Below are positions 28,230-37,939 of a stretch of DNA of 64,000 bases, piece by piece. The notes beneath the pieces were generated by a model that worked only from the letters and a program-made list of their open reading frames with translations, did not search any database and was not told the origin of the DNA. Source of the DNA: a virus; IMG/VR virus record IMGVR_UViG_3300022885_000010. The stretch is one strand, 5' to 3'. How positions within the stretch are numbered: the first letter of the stretch is position 1; the number at the start of each line of letters is the position of its first letter. The position numbers and the translations under genes are program-made.

Positions 28230-28394
28230 ATGAAAATTAAAAACACATATAATATGACAGAATACATAATGTTAATGGATAAATGTGGAGTTGGAATTAC
28301 ATATGGAATTAGCCATTATAAGTTTGATTTGAAATTGAATAAATGGACGCAATATGAATCATCCATAATTGTAACACTTAATAAGAAACGGTAG
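28230..28394 (+). CDS. MxxKxxY-tag small protein (54 aa), tandem paralog of 28039
   Basis: MKIKNTYNMTEY..KFDLKLNKWT shared. Confidence 0.6.
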   Translation: MKIKNTYNMTEYIMLMDKCGVGITYGISHYKFDLKLNKWTQYESSIIVTLNKKR

Positions 28395-28399
28395 AAAAA

Positions 28400-29116
28400 A
28401 TGAGAAATATATTCTGTGAAAGATTCACAAGAGATAAAAAATTATATACGATGAGCATAGACATTAAAGTCGATACTTCTAATCCGAAGATGAATGAGTG
28501 TGAGATTCTATCAATTATACGTGATTCCGATAAGAAACAAATGACTACGTTTGATTTAAAACATATAATACCAAATGGATTAGATGTGTGTGAAGCGTGG
28601 ATACCAAGAGGTAATGATAAGAATGTATTTATATATAATACTGAACCTGGTTATCAAGATGTAAATTGTTCACTTCCTTTGTTATTCATTGTAGCTTCTA
28701 ATTGGTATTCTTACTGGCCAAGCATATACGTCATAGATACATCTGACTTTGATAATATACATGTTACTTCGATAAATGAATATGATATATTTGATGTGAA
28801 TAGCGTGTATAATATGAATATAGATAAGTTTTCTATATTTGATTTAATCAGTGTCAAATTATCTTACGGAACTGATAATGTTATAAATGAATTTAATGTA
28901 TCTCTACCATTGATGGATGACGTTGGATTGGATTACGAAGAACAAATAGAAAATAAAGAATGTAATTATAATGGTAAACGATATAGAGTTGTATCATACA
29001 ACTATAGTGATAATATTGCTAAGATAGAAGAAATAACCGATATAATATCAGTTAATAAAAATGATTTGAAATTTGATAAAGAATTAGCTAAGCCAATAAC
29101 AAAGTTTGTAATATGA
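28400..29116 (+). CDS. hypothetical protein
   Basis: ORF track. Confidence 0.7.
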   Translation: MRNIFCERFTRDKKLYTMSIDIKVDTSNPKMNECEILSIIRDSDKKQMTTFDLKHIIPNGLDVCEAWIPRGNDKNVFIYNTEPGYQDVNCSLPLLFIVASNWYSYWPSIYVIDTSDFDNIHVTSINEYDIFDVNSVYNMNIDKFSIFDLISVKLSYGTDNVINEFNVSLPLMDDVGLDYEEQIENKECNYNGKRYRVVSYNYSDNIAKIEEITDIISVNKNDLKFDKELAKPITKFVI

Positions 29117-29251
29117 TATGTATATTTAAAGGTTGTAATTGTACATTTTTAAAATATAGTTTAGATTGTAAGTATATAACATTACTTAGAAATCATGATA
29201 TATTAGTTGTTGATTATGATAGAGTTTCATTTATTAATATAACGAAATGGA

Positions 29252-29482
29252 GTGTATAATATGAAAAGTACAGATATGGGTCTATTGAATATGTTATTAG
29301 TTCTATTTATAGGATTGAAATTAACTGATAATATAGATTGGTCTTGGTGGTTAGTGTTAAGTCCAATGATATTAAATATACTTAGTGTGGTTGCACTATA
29401 TTCTATAGACAAGATATGGAAGAAAGTCGATCCAGTTGGGTATCAAAAAATGAAAGTTAAATATATGGTAGGTGATGAATGA
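29252..29482 (+). CDS. Small membrane protein
   Basis: Two hydrophobic segments around IDWSWWLVLSP. Confidence 0.65.
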   Translation: MYNMKSTDMGLLNMLLVLFIGLKLTDNIDWSWWLVLSPMILNILSVVALYSIDKIWKKVDPVGYQKMKVKYMVGDE

Positions 29483-29664
29483 GTAAATCCAATTTAATGG
29501 TGTTAGATAGTATATTTGGATTTGGTAAATATGAAGGTAGTATGTTAGTAGATTTGATTGATACTAATATAGAATATGTCTTATGGTGTATTCATCACGA
29601 TATAATTTCTGTAGATAGCAATACTATGGAGTTAATAAATTCTAGAATTACGGATATATTTTAA
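29479..29664 (+). CDS. Small protein with FGKY-G motif (ExoX C-terminal/DUF3820-like)
   Basis: FGFGKYEG..YVLWC. Confidence 0.55.
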   Translation: MSKSNLMVLDSIFGFGKYEGSMLVDLIDTNIEYVLWCIHHDIISVDSNTMELINSRITDIF

Positions 29665-29673
29665 GGTAAACAT

Positions 29674-30197
29674 ATGAATTATAGTAAAATTGATTTTCTA
29701 ATCATAAATTAGACATTGTAGAAACGGAACATATTACGATATATGACTTTTCTATTCCAAATAGAAGAATACTTAATGTTGTGTTCGTAGTCGGTAAAGG
29801 AATAACATCCGTAACTGGTGATTTTGGTAATTGGATATTTTCAAAAGAATTTCACCCTATTAACGATGATACAATATCAAGAGGTTATGCTGATAGTAAA
29901 TTAACATATCTATCAGAACAAACATGTTCAAAATTTGATACTGGTGACACTATAGAATTAATAGAACAATTCAGGAATGAATTTATTGAATTGCACGATA
30001 GAGATATGAATGAAGATGAGGTAGATTGGTTAGAACAATTAGATAATCATGTATATGATGAAATAGAATATACATATGTAGCTTATAGAGAAAAACCAGA
30101 TAATATTGATTATGATTCTGTTCCATTTGGAACTATAAGGCATCCAAGATTAGATATAATCTATGATGTGTTCGATGAAATATGTAAAGTTAAATAA
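29674..30197 (+). pseudogene. Phage hypothetical gene with 1-nt frameshift in T-run at 29694-29697
   Basis: MNYSKIDF joins SNHKLDIVETEHITIYDF..VFVVGKG (track ORF 29781) if one T is added. Confidence 0.6.
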
Positions 30198-30231
30198 AAT
30201 TTGTTAATGTCAACATAAATTCGTAAGTTTG
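30192..30231 (+). promoter_or_regulatory. Bacteroidota-type promoter copy 9
   Basis: AAATAAAA-TTTG-N20-TAAGTTTG. Confidence 0.8.
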
Positions 30232-30269
30232 TAAGTAAGAGTTGAACATAAAAAAATATTAGGGATTAT

Positions 30270-30581
30270 ATGCTTCCGTATGTGTTTAAATTCAAAGATA
30301 ATTTGGATGAATCTAAAGAATATTTTTTAGATAATATAAAACATTGGTTTATCAAATATAGAAATGGATTGCCATCAACAATGGTATTAAATAAATATAT
30401 TCGTGATTTTGAGAACGGTGTATTAGTTTATAGACTCCCTGATGATTGTTGTAGGTTTTTAAGAACATTTACTTGTTGGGAATCTATTGTAAGGGGCGAT
30501 AAAGTAATTAATAAATTAGATAATGGTAGTAATCATTATCGAAATTTAAAAATTGGAAATTTAAAAATTGGAAATTTATAA
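30270..30581 (+). CDS. hypothetical protein
   Basis: First ORF after promoter. Confidence 0.6.
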   Translation: MLPYVFKFKDNLDESKEYFLDNIKHWFIKYRNGLPSTMVLNKYIRDFENGVLVYRLPDDCCRFLRTFTCWESIVRGDKVINKLDNGSNHYRNLKIGNLKIGNL

Positions 30582-30868
30582 TGGCTAATGAATCAATTGG
30601 AATGATATTTGGATTTATTTTTATAGGTGGAATCGGTTTAACTATTGCACTTTTACTAATTTTAAAGTCTTTTGGAAAGACATCAGCCCAATTATATTGG
30701 GAGAAACATTTATCCGAAAGAGATGAAGATTGGTTAAATCAATATCCACCAAAACCAATACCAAGATTCCCTGAAGACCCAAATAACGAATGGTTACAGA
30801 TGGTTGCTAAAGAAGAAAGGGATTTATGGTCTGCACATCAAGAAATTGAAAGACATTATGATATATAG
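30581..30868 (+). CDS. hypothetical membrane-anchored protein
   Basis: N-terminal hydrophobic segment. Confidence 0.6.
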   Translation: MANESIGMIFGFIFIGGIGLTIALLLILKSFGKTSAQLYWEKHLSERDEDWLNQYPPKPIPRFPEDPNNEWLQMVAKEERDLWSAHQEIERHYDI

Positions 30869-30894
30869 AAATTGAACGTTCTTTAAATAATTCT

Positions 30895-31003
30895 GGGTAG
30901 ATGGCGAAATTGGTAAACGCTTATGTCAGGTCGTAAAATCGACACACTCTATGAGTTCCGTAAATGCAGACGTGCAATGTAGGTTCGAATCCTACTCTAC
31001 CCA
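30895..31003 (+). ncRNA. Solitary oversized tRNA-like RNA (109 nt)
   Basis: GGGTAGA/TCTACCC acceptor, TGGCGAAATTGGTAAACGC D-arm, GTAGG-TTCGAAT-CCTAC T-arm, expanded anticodon arm. Confidence 0.72.
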
Positions 31004-31024
31004 CTAAATAACAAATGGATTAAA

Positions 31025-31504
31025 ATGAATAAATACAAGTATATCACTAAAGTTGTTGATGGTAAGCCATTAAGCAAAAAGAAAATAAAAAAATTACATA
31101 AACAATATGAATTTTTTATAGATGACGAACGTTTAAATTTTATTAATATTGGTGATTGGACTGAAATGTTCGATGCTAACACAGAAATGCATGTATATGA
31201 TCAGTTCTTAACAGAACATATAGTAGATAAGGTGCCTGTGATTGACTTTGAAACCTTATGGTTAGAAGTAGAAGAAAACTTTAAATGGAAACGTGTTCAT
31301 AAAACTATGAAATACTTAAATTGGGAATGGCAAGAACATGGTGTTCCAAGTAAAAAACAAATTAAAGCACAAGCTAAAAGACTATTAAAGTATTCATTTG
31401 ATACTGGTAATGCAACTTCTACTGGTGGTTTATATGCCTCTTGTGATGAAGATGGTTTATTATTACAATTTGTATTAGATAGTTGGGATGTATTTTATGA
31501 ATGA
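31025..31504 (+). CDS. hypothetical protein
   Basis: ORF track. Confidence 0.65.
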   Translation: MNKYKYITKVVDGKPLSKKKIKKLHKQYEFFIDDERLNFINIGDWTEMFDANTEMHVYDQFLTEHIVDKVPVIDFETLWLEVEENFKWKRVHKTMKYLNWEWQEHGVPSKKQIKAQAKRLLKYSFDTGNATSTGGLYASCDEDGLLLQFVLDSWDVFYE

Positions 31505-32014
31505 AGATTGGAAAGGAAACACTCAAAGTGTAATGGCTACGTTAAATGCAAGTAGTCACTCTGATACTGACAGAGAACAAAATGATTATTATGCTACTCC
31601 ACCTAAAGCAGTATCACAACTGTTAGAATTAGAAACATTCCAAAATAATATATGGGAATGTGCATGTGGAGAAGGACATATATCAAAGGTATTACTTGAT
31701 AATGGATTTAATATTATAAGTTCGGATTTGATAGATAGGGGTTTTGGTGAAGTATCAAATTTCTTAGAAACTACCGATGTATTCGACGGAGATATAATCA
31801 CTAATCCACCATTCAGTTCTTAGAAGGAGTGAAGAGAGGTATCATCTATAAGAAATATCCACCTAAGAAAGTTTATGTTGTATCTCGTAACATTAGATGT
31901 GCTAAAAATGGTGATTTTAAGAACGCTACAGGTAATGCTTCTACGTATTGTTGGTTCATATGGGAAAATGGTTTTGGTGGTGCTACGGGGCTTGGTTGGT
32001 TTAATGGGGATTAA
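31497..32014 (+). pseudogene. Amino (N6A/N4C) DNA methyltransferase broken by internal deletion/frameshift
   Basis: YATPP, WECACGEGHI, DIITNPPF then shifted frame QFLEGVKRG..YPPKKVYV..WFIWE. Confidence 0.8.
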
Positions 32015-32020
32015 GAATAT

Positions 32021-32293
32021 ATGAGATTTAAAAAACTATATAATGATAATATTAACATGACAATTAATGATTATAATATGTCAATTACATCTACATATCA
32101 TTCACCCATAGCAAATAGAATGGTATCCTGTGTACGAGTAATACCAATGAATGAATATGGTAGTTATGACTATTGGGAACAAGATGATAGATGGCATCTA
32201 AAAACGTACAAAACTGGTTCTATGGGCGAATATCTAATATGTGATATTCACGAGAATCCATCAGAATATATAAATAATATAATATATAAATAA
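32021..32293 (+). CDS. MxxKxxY-tag small protein
   Basis: MRFKKLYND. Confidence 0.6.
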   Translation: MRFKKLYNDNINMTINDYNMSITSTYHSPIANRMVSCVRVIPMNEYGSYDYWEQDDRWHLKTYKTGSMGEYLICDIHENPSEYINNIIYK

Positions 32294-32304
32294 GGAAATA
32301 TAAA

Positions 32305-33027
32305 ATGAGTGAATCACATGATAATCCCGGAAATTATTTTAGTAATTTCCTAAATGAGAATAAACCTCACTTCAAACAAGAAGTAAAAGTAGCAATAGGA
32401 TTACCTATGTTATTTCCGTTTATACCGATTAAATTCTTTAATTCATATCAAATGCTTAATAAACCTACTAATCACGTTGTAGTGGCTATGCCTGGCTCAA
32501 TAACAACAATAGCAAGAAATAACATATGTGATGTAGCTGAACAACAGAAATGTACTCATGTTATGTTCTTAGATACTGATATGACATTTCCATCAGATAC
32601 AATACAGAAGTTATTAGCTCATGATATGGATATAGTTGGTGGATTGTATTTTGAAAGATATGAACCATATAAACCAGCTGTATTTTGGAAACACCCTGAT
32701 GGTAGTGGTGATTATGCACTTAGAAATGATATACCTTATGGTGAAACTATAGAGTGTGATGCATTAGCTACTGGTTGTATGTTAATTAAATTAGATGTTC
32801 TTAGAAAGTTAGAGAAACCTTGGTTTGAGTATAGAGTAGCTGAATATGGTTCTAAGAAAGAAATTAAATTCTTTTCTGAGGATATAGTATTTAGTGAACG
32901 AGTTAAGGAATTAGGATATAAGATATTCGTTGATACTTCTATTGAATGTGGTCATATATTGAATGATGTAGAGGTTAATCGTGCTTGGTGGGAAGCTCAA
33001 CCTAAACAAGATGTTATTAGTAGATGA
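32305..33027 (+). CDS. GT2-like glycosyltransferase
   Basis: IARN, THVMFLDTD, GCMLIK, SEDIVFS, CGH. Confidence 0.82.
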   Translation: MSESHDNPGNYFSNFLNENKPHFKQEVKVAIGLPMLFPFIPIKFFNSYQMLNKPTNHVVVAMPGSITTIARNNICDVAEQQKCTHVMFLDTDMTFPSDTIQKLLAHDMDIVGGLYFERYEPYKPAVFWKHPDGSGDYALRNDIPYGETIECDALATGCMLIKLDVLRKLEKPWFEYRVAEYGSKKEIKFFSEDIVFSERVKELGYKIFVDTSIECGHILNDVEVNRAWWEAQPKQDVISR

Positions 33028-33395
33028 TACTTAAAACTTTATATAAAGTTATATATCCTATATGGTTGTATGATTCTAATAATAATAGAATTTATATTGA
33101 AAATAGTAATGGGTCTTGGATAAAACAAGAATATGATTCTAATAATAATAGAATTTATTGTGAAGATAGTGATGGATTTTGGGTAAAAATAGAATTTGAT
33201 TCTAATAATAATAAAATTTATTATGAAAATAGTAATGGATTCTTTTATATAAAAGAATATGATTCTAATAATAATGAAATTTATTATGAAGATAGTAATG
33301 GATTTTGGGTAAAAAGCGAATATGATTCTAATAATAATGAAATTTATTATGAAGATAGTAATGGTATGATAACGGATTATAGACCTAAGAAATGA
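33024..33395 (+). CDS. 21-aa repeat family protein
   Basis: MILKTLYKVIYPIWLY cap. Confidence 0.85.
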   Translation: MILKTLYKVIYPIWLYDSNNNRIYIENSNGSWIKQEYDSNNNRIYCEDSDGFWVKIEFDSNNNKIYYENSNGFFYIKEYDSNNNEIYYEDSNGFWVKSEYDSNNNEIYYEDSNGMITDYRPKK

Positions 33396-33898
33396 TACTT
33401 AAAAAATTATATATTGATACTGTAATTCATAATCCTATAGTGCTATTTGATTCTAATAACAATCTAATTTATTGTGAAGATAGTGATGGAGATTGGGTAA
33501 AAAAAGAATTTGATTCTAATAATAATAAAATTTATTGTGAAGATAGTAATGGATTTTGGGTAAAAAGCGAATTTGATTCTAATGATAATTGTATTTATTG
33601 GGAAAATAATAATGGAGATTTGGTAAAAAGCAAATATGATTCTAATAATAATAGAATTTATTGGGAAAATTATGATGGATTTTGGTCAAAAAGAGAATTT
33701 GATTCTAATAATAATCTAATTTATCGTGAATATCATGATGGATTTTGGGTAAAAAACGAATTTGATTCTAATAACAATAGAATTTATTATGAAGATAGTA
33801 ATGGATTTTGGGTAAAAAGCGAATTTGATTCTAATAATAATGAAATTTATTATGAAGATAGTAATGGTATGATAACGGATAACAGACCTAAGAAATGA
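33392..33898 (+). CDS. 21-aa repeat family protein
   Basis: MILKKLYIDTVIHNP cap, GMITDNRPKK. Confidence 0.85.
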   Translation: MILKKLYIDTVIHNPIVLFDSNNNLIYCEDSDGDWVKKEFDSNNNKIYCEDSNGFWVKSEFDSNDNCIYWENNNGDLVKSKYDSNNNRIYWENYDGFWSKREFDSNNNLIYREYHDGFWVKNEFDSNNNRIYYEDSNGFWVKSEFDSNNNEIYYEDSNGMITDNRPKK

Positions 33899-34275
33899 TA
33901 CTTAAAAAATTATATATTGATACTGTAATTCATAATCCTATAGTGCTATATGATTCTAATAATAATCGAATTTATCGTGAATATAATGATGGGCACTGGC
34001 TAAAACAAGAATATGATTCTAATAATAATGAAATTTATTGGGAAGATAGTAATGGATATTGGGTAAAAAGAGAGTTTGATTCTAATAATAATGAAATTTA
34101 TTGGGAAAATAGTAATGGAGATTTGGTAAAAAGTGAATTTGATTCTAATAACAATAGAATTTATTATGAAGATAGTGATGGATTTTGGGTAAAAAACGAA
34201 TTTGATTCTAATAACAATAGAATTTATTGGGAAAATAGTAATGGAATTATATTTGATAACAGACCTAAAAAATAA
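33895..34275 (+). CDS. 21-aa repeat family protein
   Basis: Same cap, stop inside promoter. Confidence 0.85.
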   Translation: MILKKLYIDTVIHNPIVLYDSNNNRIYREYNDGHWLKQEYDSNNNEIYWEDSNGYWVKREFDSNNNEIYWENSNGDLVKSEFDSNNNRIYYEDSDGFWVKNEFDSNNNRIYWENSNGIIFDNRPKK

Positions 34276-34309
34276 AATTTGTTTATATCAATTTAATTTC
34301 GTAAGTTTG
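34269..34309 (+). promoter_or_regulatory. Bacteroidota-type promoter copy 10
   Basis: AAAATAAAA-TTTG-N20-TAAGTTTG. Confidence 0.85.
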
Positions 34310-34342
34310 TAATTATAATTTAGAACTTAATGAGATAATACA

Positions 34343-35101
34343 ATGAACAAAGTTATAGCATATCATGGAAATGGACTTGGTTATACAAATAAAGATACAT
34401 ACTTAAAATTAAAAGATTATATATTAACTGATAGTACAGTATATAAATTACCAGATAATTTATTATGTTTAACTTGGTCTGACTATACAGATAAAATAAC
34501 TGATGCTGAATTAACATATACTAATAGAGGATATGGTGAATTACTTAGATTGGGTATAGATGGTGGGCTTGGAGATTGGTATCAATATAATAAAGTAGTT
34601 AATACAGACCATCCAGATAAATGGGTTAACATAAATAAATACTTTCTATTGAAGGACTTTCTATTAACAACCGACTTATCTAAGTATGATTATGTAGTGT
34701 GTATGGATGCAACTGATGTTCTTATCAATGGTGATTTAAATGAGTTAATCAAATATTTTGAAACTTTGAATTGTAACACACTATTCAACTCCGAAACTAA
34801 TATGTTTCACGTAAAAACAACACAGCCGTTCCAAGAAGAGATAAATAGAAATCATGGAATAGACGGTATAAACAAGAGATATAAATATCTAAACTCTGGT
34901 TTCTATATAACACGTAAAGATGAATTATATAAATTAGTTGATTTTGTATTAAATTATTTTTTAACTATGCTTACCACTAGTGACCAGTGCATATGTCACA
35001 ATTACTATAAATTAAATTATCCTAATGTTAGAGTTGATTTAAACGATGATGTAACGCAATGTCTATTTGATAACACTGATATTCGTGATATTAATCTATG
35101 A
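34343..35101 (+). CDS. GT-A fold glycosyltransferase (PLOD-GT-like)
   Basis: VVCMDATDV, LFNSE, YLNSGFYI, SDQ. Confidence 0.7.
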   Translation: MNKVIAYHGNGLGYTNKDTYLKLKDYILTDSTVYKLPDNLLCLTWSDYTDKITDAELTYTNRGYGELLRLGIDGGLGDWYQYNKVVNTDHPDKWVNINKYFLLKDFLLTTDLSKYDYVVCMDATDVLINGDLNELIKYFETLNCNTLFNSETNMFHVKTTQPFQEEINRNHGIDGINKRYKYLNSGFYITRKDELYKLVDFVLNYFLTMLTTSDQCICHNYYKLNYPNVRVDLNDDVTQCLFDNTDIRDINL

Positions 35102-35469
35102 TATTTAAAACTTTATATAAAGTTATATATCCTATATGGTTGTATGATTCTAATAATAATGAAATTTATTATGAACATAGTAATGGATATTGGGTAAAAA
35201 AGGAATATGATTCTAATAATAATGAAATTTATTATGAAGATAGTAATGGATTCTTTTATATAAGAGAATATGATTCTAATAATAATCAAATTTATTGGGG
35301 AAATAGTAATGGATATTGGTTTAAAAGCGAATTTGATTCTAATAATAATGAAATTTATTGTGAAGATAGTGATGGAGATTGGTCAAAAAGAGAATATGAT
35401 TCTAATAATAATGAAATTTATCGTGAAGATAGTAATGGAACTATACGAGGTAAAAGACCTAAAAGATGA
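35098..35469 (+). CDS. 21-aa repeat family protein
   Basis: MIFKTLYKVIYPIWLY cap, IRGKRP end. Confidence 0.85.
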   Translation: MIFKTLYKVIYPIWLYDSNNNEIYYEHSNGYWVKKEYDSNNNEIYYEDSNGFFYIREYDSNNNQIYWGNSNGYWFKSEFDSNNNEIYCEDSDGDWSKREYDSNNNEIYREDSNGTIRGKRPKR

Positions 35470-35849
35470 TACTTAAAAAATTATATATTGATACTGTAAT
35501 TCATAATCCTATATGGTTGTATGATTCTAATAATAATGAAATTTATTATGAAAATAGTAATGGATTTTGGGTAAAAAGAGAATTTGATTCTAATAATAAT
35601 AAAATTTATTGTGAAGATAGTGATGGATATTGGGTAAAAAGCGAATTTGATTCTAATAACAATCTAATTTATTGTGAAGATAGTGATGGAGATTGGTCAA
35701 AAAGAGAATATGATTCTAATAATAATGAAATTTATCGTGAAGATAGTGATGGAGATTGGTTAAAAAGAGAATATGATTCTAACAGTCTTGAAATTTATTA
35801 TGAAGATAGTGATGGAACTATACGAGGTAAAAGACCTAACAAAAAATAA
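35466..35849 (+). CDS. 21-aa repeat family protein
   Basis: MILKKLYIDTVIHNP cap, RPNKK stop inside promoter. Confidence 0.85.
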   Translation: MILKKLYIDTVIHNPIWLYDSNNNEIYYENSNGFWVKREFDSNNNKIYCEDSDGYWVKSEFDSNNNLIYCEDSDGDWSKREYDSNNNEIYREDSDGDWLKREYDSNSLEIYYEDSDGTIRGKRPNKK

Positions 35850-35883
35850 AATTTGGAAGTTAATAAATAATTTCGTAAGTTTG
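35843..35883 (+). promoter_or_regulatory. Bacteroidota-type promoter copy 11
   Basis: AAAATAAAA-TTTG-N20-TAAGTTTG. Confidence 0.85.
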
Positions 35884-36081
35884 TATGTGTTTAAGAAACA
35901 AAAGAAAATATATAACAATCAAAGGGAACTTAAATATGATAATAACTCAAGATATGGGTAATGTAAATCAAAATGATTGGATAGGACAACATCCATTTTA
36001 GGTTTTTTTATCATTGACTCTGAGAAGATGGAAGAACACAAAGAAGAACATTTATATAATTAAAATGGATTTGGAGAGAAT

Positions 36082-36314
36082 ATGAAAATTACACAACATA
36101 GACCAGCGTATATGACGGCTTTGAAAATGAAACTGTTGAGTTTAATAGTGTCGATGAAATATTAAATATCGAATTTGTTAAGAATTTTAGCAAGAGTGAA
36201 ACATTCTACAGATATTCATTAAGCATTTGGGATAATCCGATTTGTACTATTGAATCAATCAAGGTTTACCATATAGATAAAGTTCTTGTTGATTTAGTTT
36301 CGAAGTATCCGTGA
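36082..36314 (+). pseudogene. Frameshifted phage hypothetical gene
   Basis: MKITQHRPAY joins DGFENETVEFNSVDEILNIEFVKNF in another frame. Confidence 0.5.
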
Positions 36315-36342
36315 GTTATAATTATTAAATAAAGGAGAATAA

Positions 36343-36735
36343 ATGAAAAAATTTGAAGGGCTAACATTAACAGAATCTAAAAAGTCAAAGGTCAATTGTT
36401 TTAAATTAACAATTTCTTGTGATGTAGAAGATGAAGGTGTAGTAGAAGAAAAAGTTAATTGGTTTCCAGAAGAACAAATTGAAGATTACATGGACATTCT
36501 GAAATTCATTAAATATTTAATGAATAAGAAAACACATATAGAATCTTGTAATTATTCTGGGTTGATGGAAGAAATGGGTTATACGGAAGAACAGATTTCT
36601 GGCGTAGAAGATGAGTTAAATTATATTGCTATTAAAGCTCAATACGAAACAGAGTCAGAAAATTGTGATCACCGAATAGTAGAGTTTATTTACTATGATG
36701 AAAATGGTGTGATGTATAATGTGGAAGTTGAATGA
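36343..36735 (+). CDS. hypothetical acidic protein
   Basis: ORF track; AAGGAG upstream. Confidence 0.7.
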   Translation: MKKFEGLTLTESKKSKVNCFKLTISCDVEDEGVVEEKVNWFPEEQIEDYMDILKFIKYLMNKKTHIESCNYSGLMEEMGYTEEQISGVEDELNYIAIKAQYETESENCDHRIVEFIYYDENGVMYNVEVE

Positions 36736-36758
36736 TGAAGAAGTTAAACATAACATTT

Positions 36759-36799
36759 AAAATAAAATTAGGAATTGATTAAATAATTCCGTAAGTTTG
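36759..36799 (+). promoter_or_regulatory. Bacteroidota-type promoter copy 12
   Basis: AAAATAAAA-TTAG-N20-TAAGTTTG. Confidence 0.85.
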
Positions 36800-36862
36800 T
36801 ATATTATTCTTTCACAGAGAAATAAAAAAAGTTTTTAAAATTTAATTAATAAAGGTATTATT

Positions 36863-37612
36863 ATGGGTTTATTCAACTCAACAAAAAATACAGATTTACA
36901 GTCAACTAATGACTATTCATTATTCAAATTACATCCTAACAATAGAGATGTAGATAAAAAACACGTTGATAGTCTAAAGGCATCTATGCAAGTCAAGTAC
37001 ATTATGCAACCTATCATTGTGAATAACAAGATGGAAGTGATTGATGGTCAACATAGACTTAAAGCAAGTGAAGAATTAGGATATGAAGTATATTTCATTA
37101 AAGGTGATTATGAACTATCTGATATGGTAGCATTAAACACCAATCAGAAGAATTGGTCATTACCAGATTATGTGAATTATCACGCTACAAGTGGAAATAA
37201 AACATATCAACAATTATTAGATTTATCTAATGAATTTGGAGTTACAATATCATTAGTTTATTATAATACGATTGCCAATAAGGATGTGAGTGGTAACACC
37301 AATAAGAAAGAAACTAAAACATTGTCTATGTTCAAAAACGGTACATTGCAATTCAATTACGAAGATACATATGCGTTATTAGAAAAGGCATCTAATGTAT
37401 GTATTGCTTTAGAAACTAAAATGGAAACTAGACTTGTAGCTGCTATACGTAATATAAATCAAAGTGATAATTATGATCATGATAGAATGGTTGCAAAATG
37501 CAAAAAATATAATTATTTATTTGAGTTGAAACGTAATGCAAGTGAATATATAGATTTATTAGAACAAATCTATAATTTCCATAACAAATATAAGTTATCC
37601 TTAAAATACTAA
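36863..37612 (+). CDS. ParB/Srx N-terminal domain protein
   Basis: PNNRDV, PIIV..VIDGQHRLKA. Confidence 0.82.
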   Translation: MGLFNSTKNTDLQSTNDYSLFKLHPNNRDVDKKHVDSLKASMQVKYIMQPIIVNNKMEVIDGQHRLKASEELGYEVYFIKGDYELSDMVALNTNQKNWSLPDYVNYHATSGNKTYQQLLDLSNEFGVTISLVYYNTIANKDVSGNTNKKETKTLSMFKNGTLQFNYEDTYALLEKASNVCIALETKMETRLVAAIRNINQSDNYDHDRMVAKCKKYNYLFELKRNASEYIDLLEQIYNFHNKYKLSLKY

Positions 37613-37616
37613 TTGT

Positions 37617-37895
37617 ATGTTAGATATAAAAAGAATATTCTATAACCACTTAAAACATGGTTATTCACATGATGACGAATGGTATAATGACTATTGTGTA
37701 GATGTAGAGATTTCTAAAAGAAATCAATATGATATTAGGGTGTTGGTTACGATAGTTGATGAAGATGGTGATGAAGATGTATTATACAACGAGTCTATAC
37801 CATTCGATTGTTATGATGATTTAGAGATTATATGTGATACTCTATTTCAATCAATATATGCTATATTCAATATTAATGTTAAATATAAGGTTTAA
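37617..37895 (+). CDS. hypothetical protein
   Basis: ORF track. Confidence 0.6.
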   Translation: MLDIKRIFYNHLKHGYSHDDEWYNDYCVDVEISKRNQYDIRVLVTIVDEDGDEDVLYNESIPFDCYDDLEIICDTLFQSIYAIFNINVKYKV

Positions 37896-37939
37896 TTTTA
37901 TATTTATTATAGTAATTTTTAAAATTTAAGGTAGTAATA

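Noticed and set aside
30541-30577. 15-bp tandem duplication GAAATTTAAAAATTG
   Set aside because: Simple slippage at a gene end (LKIGN x2) with no further structure
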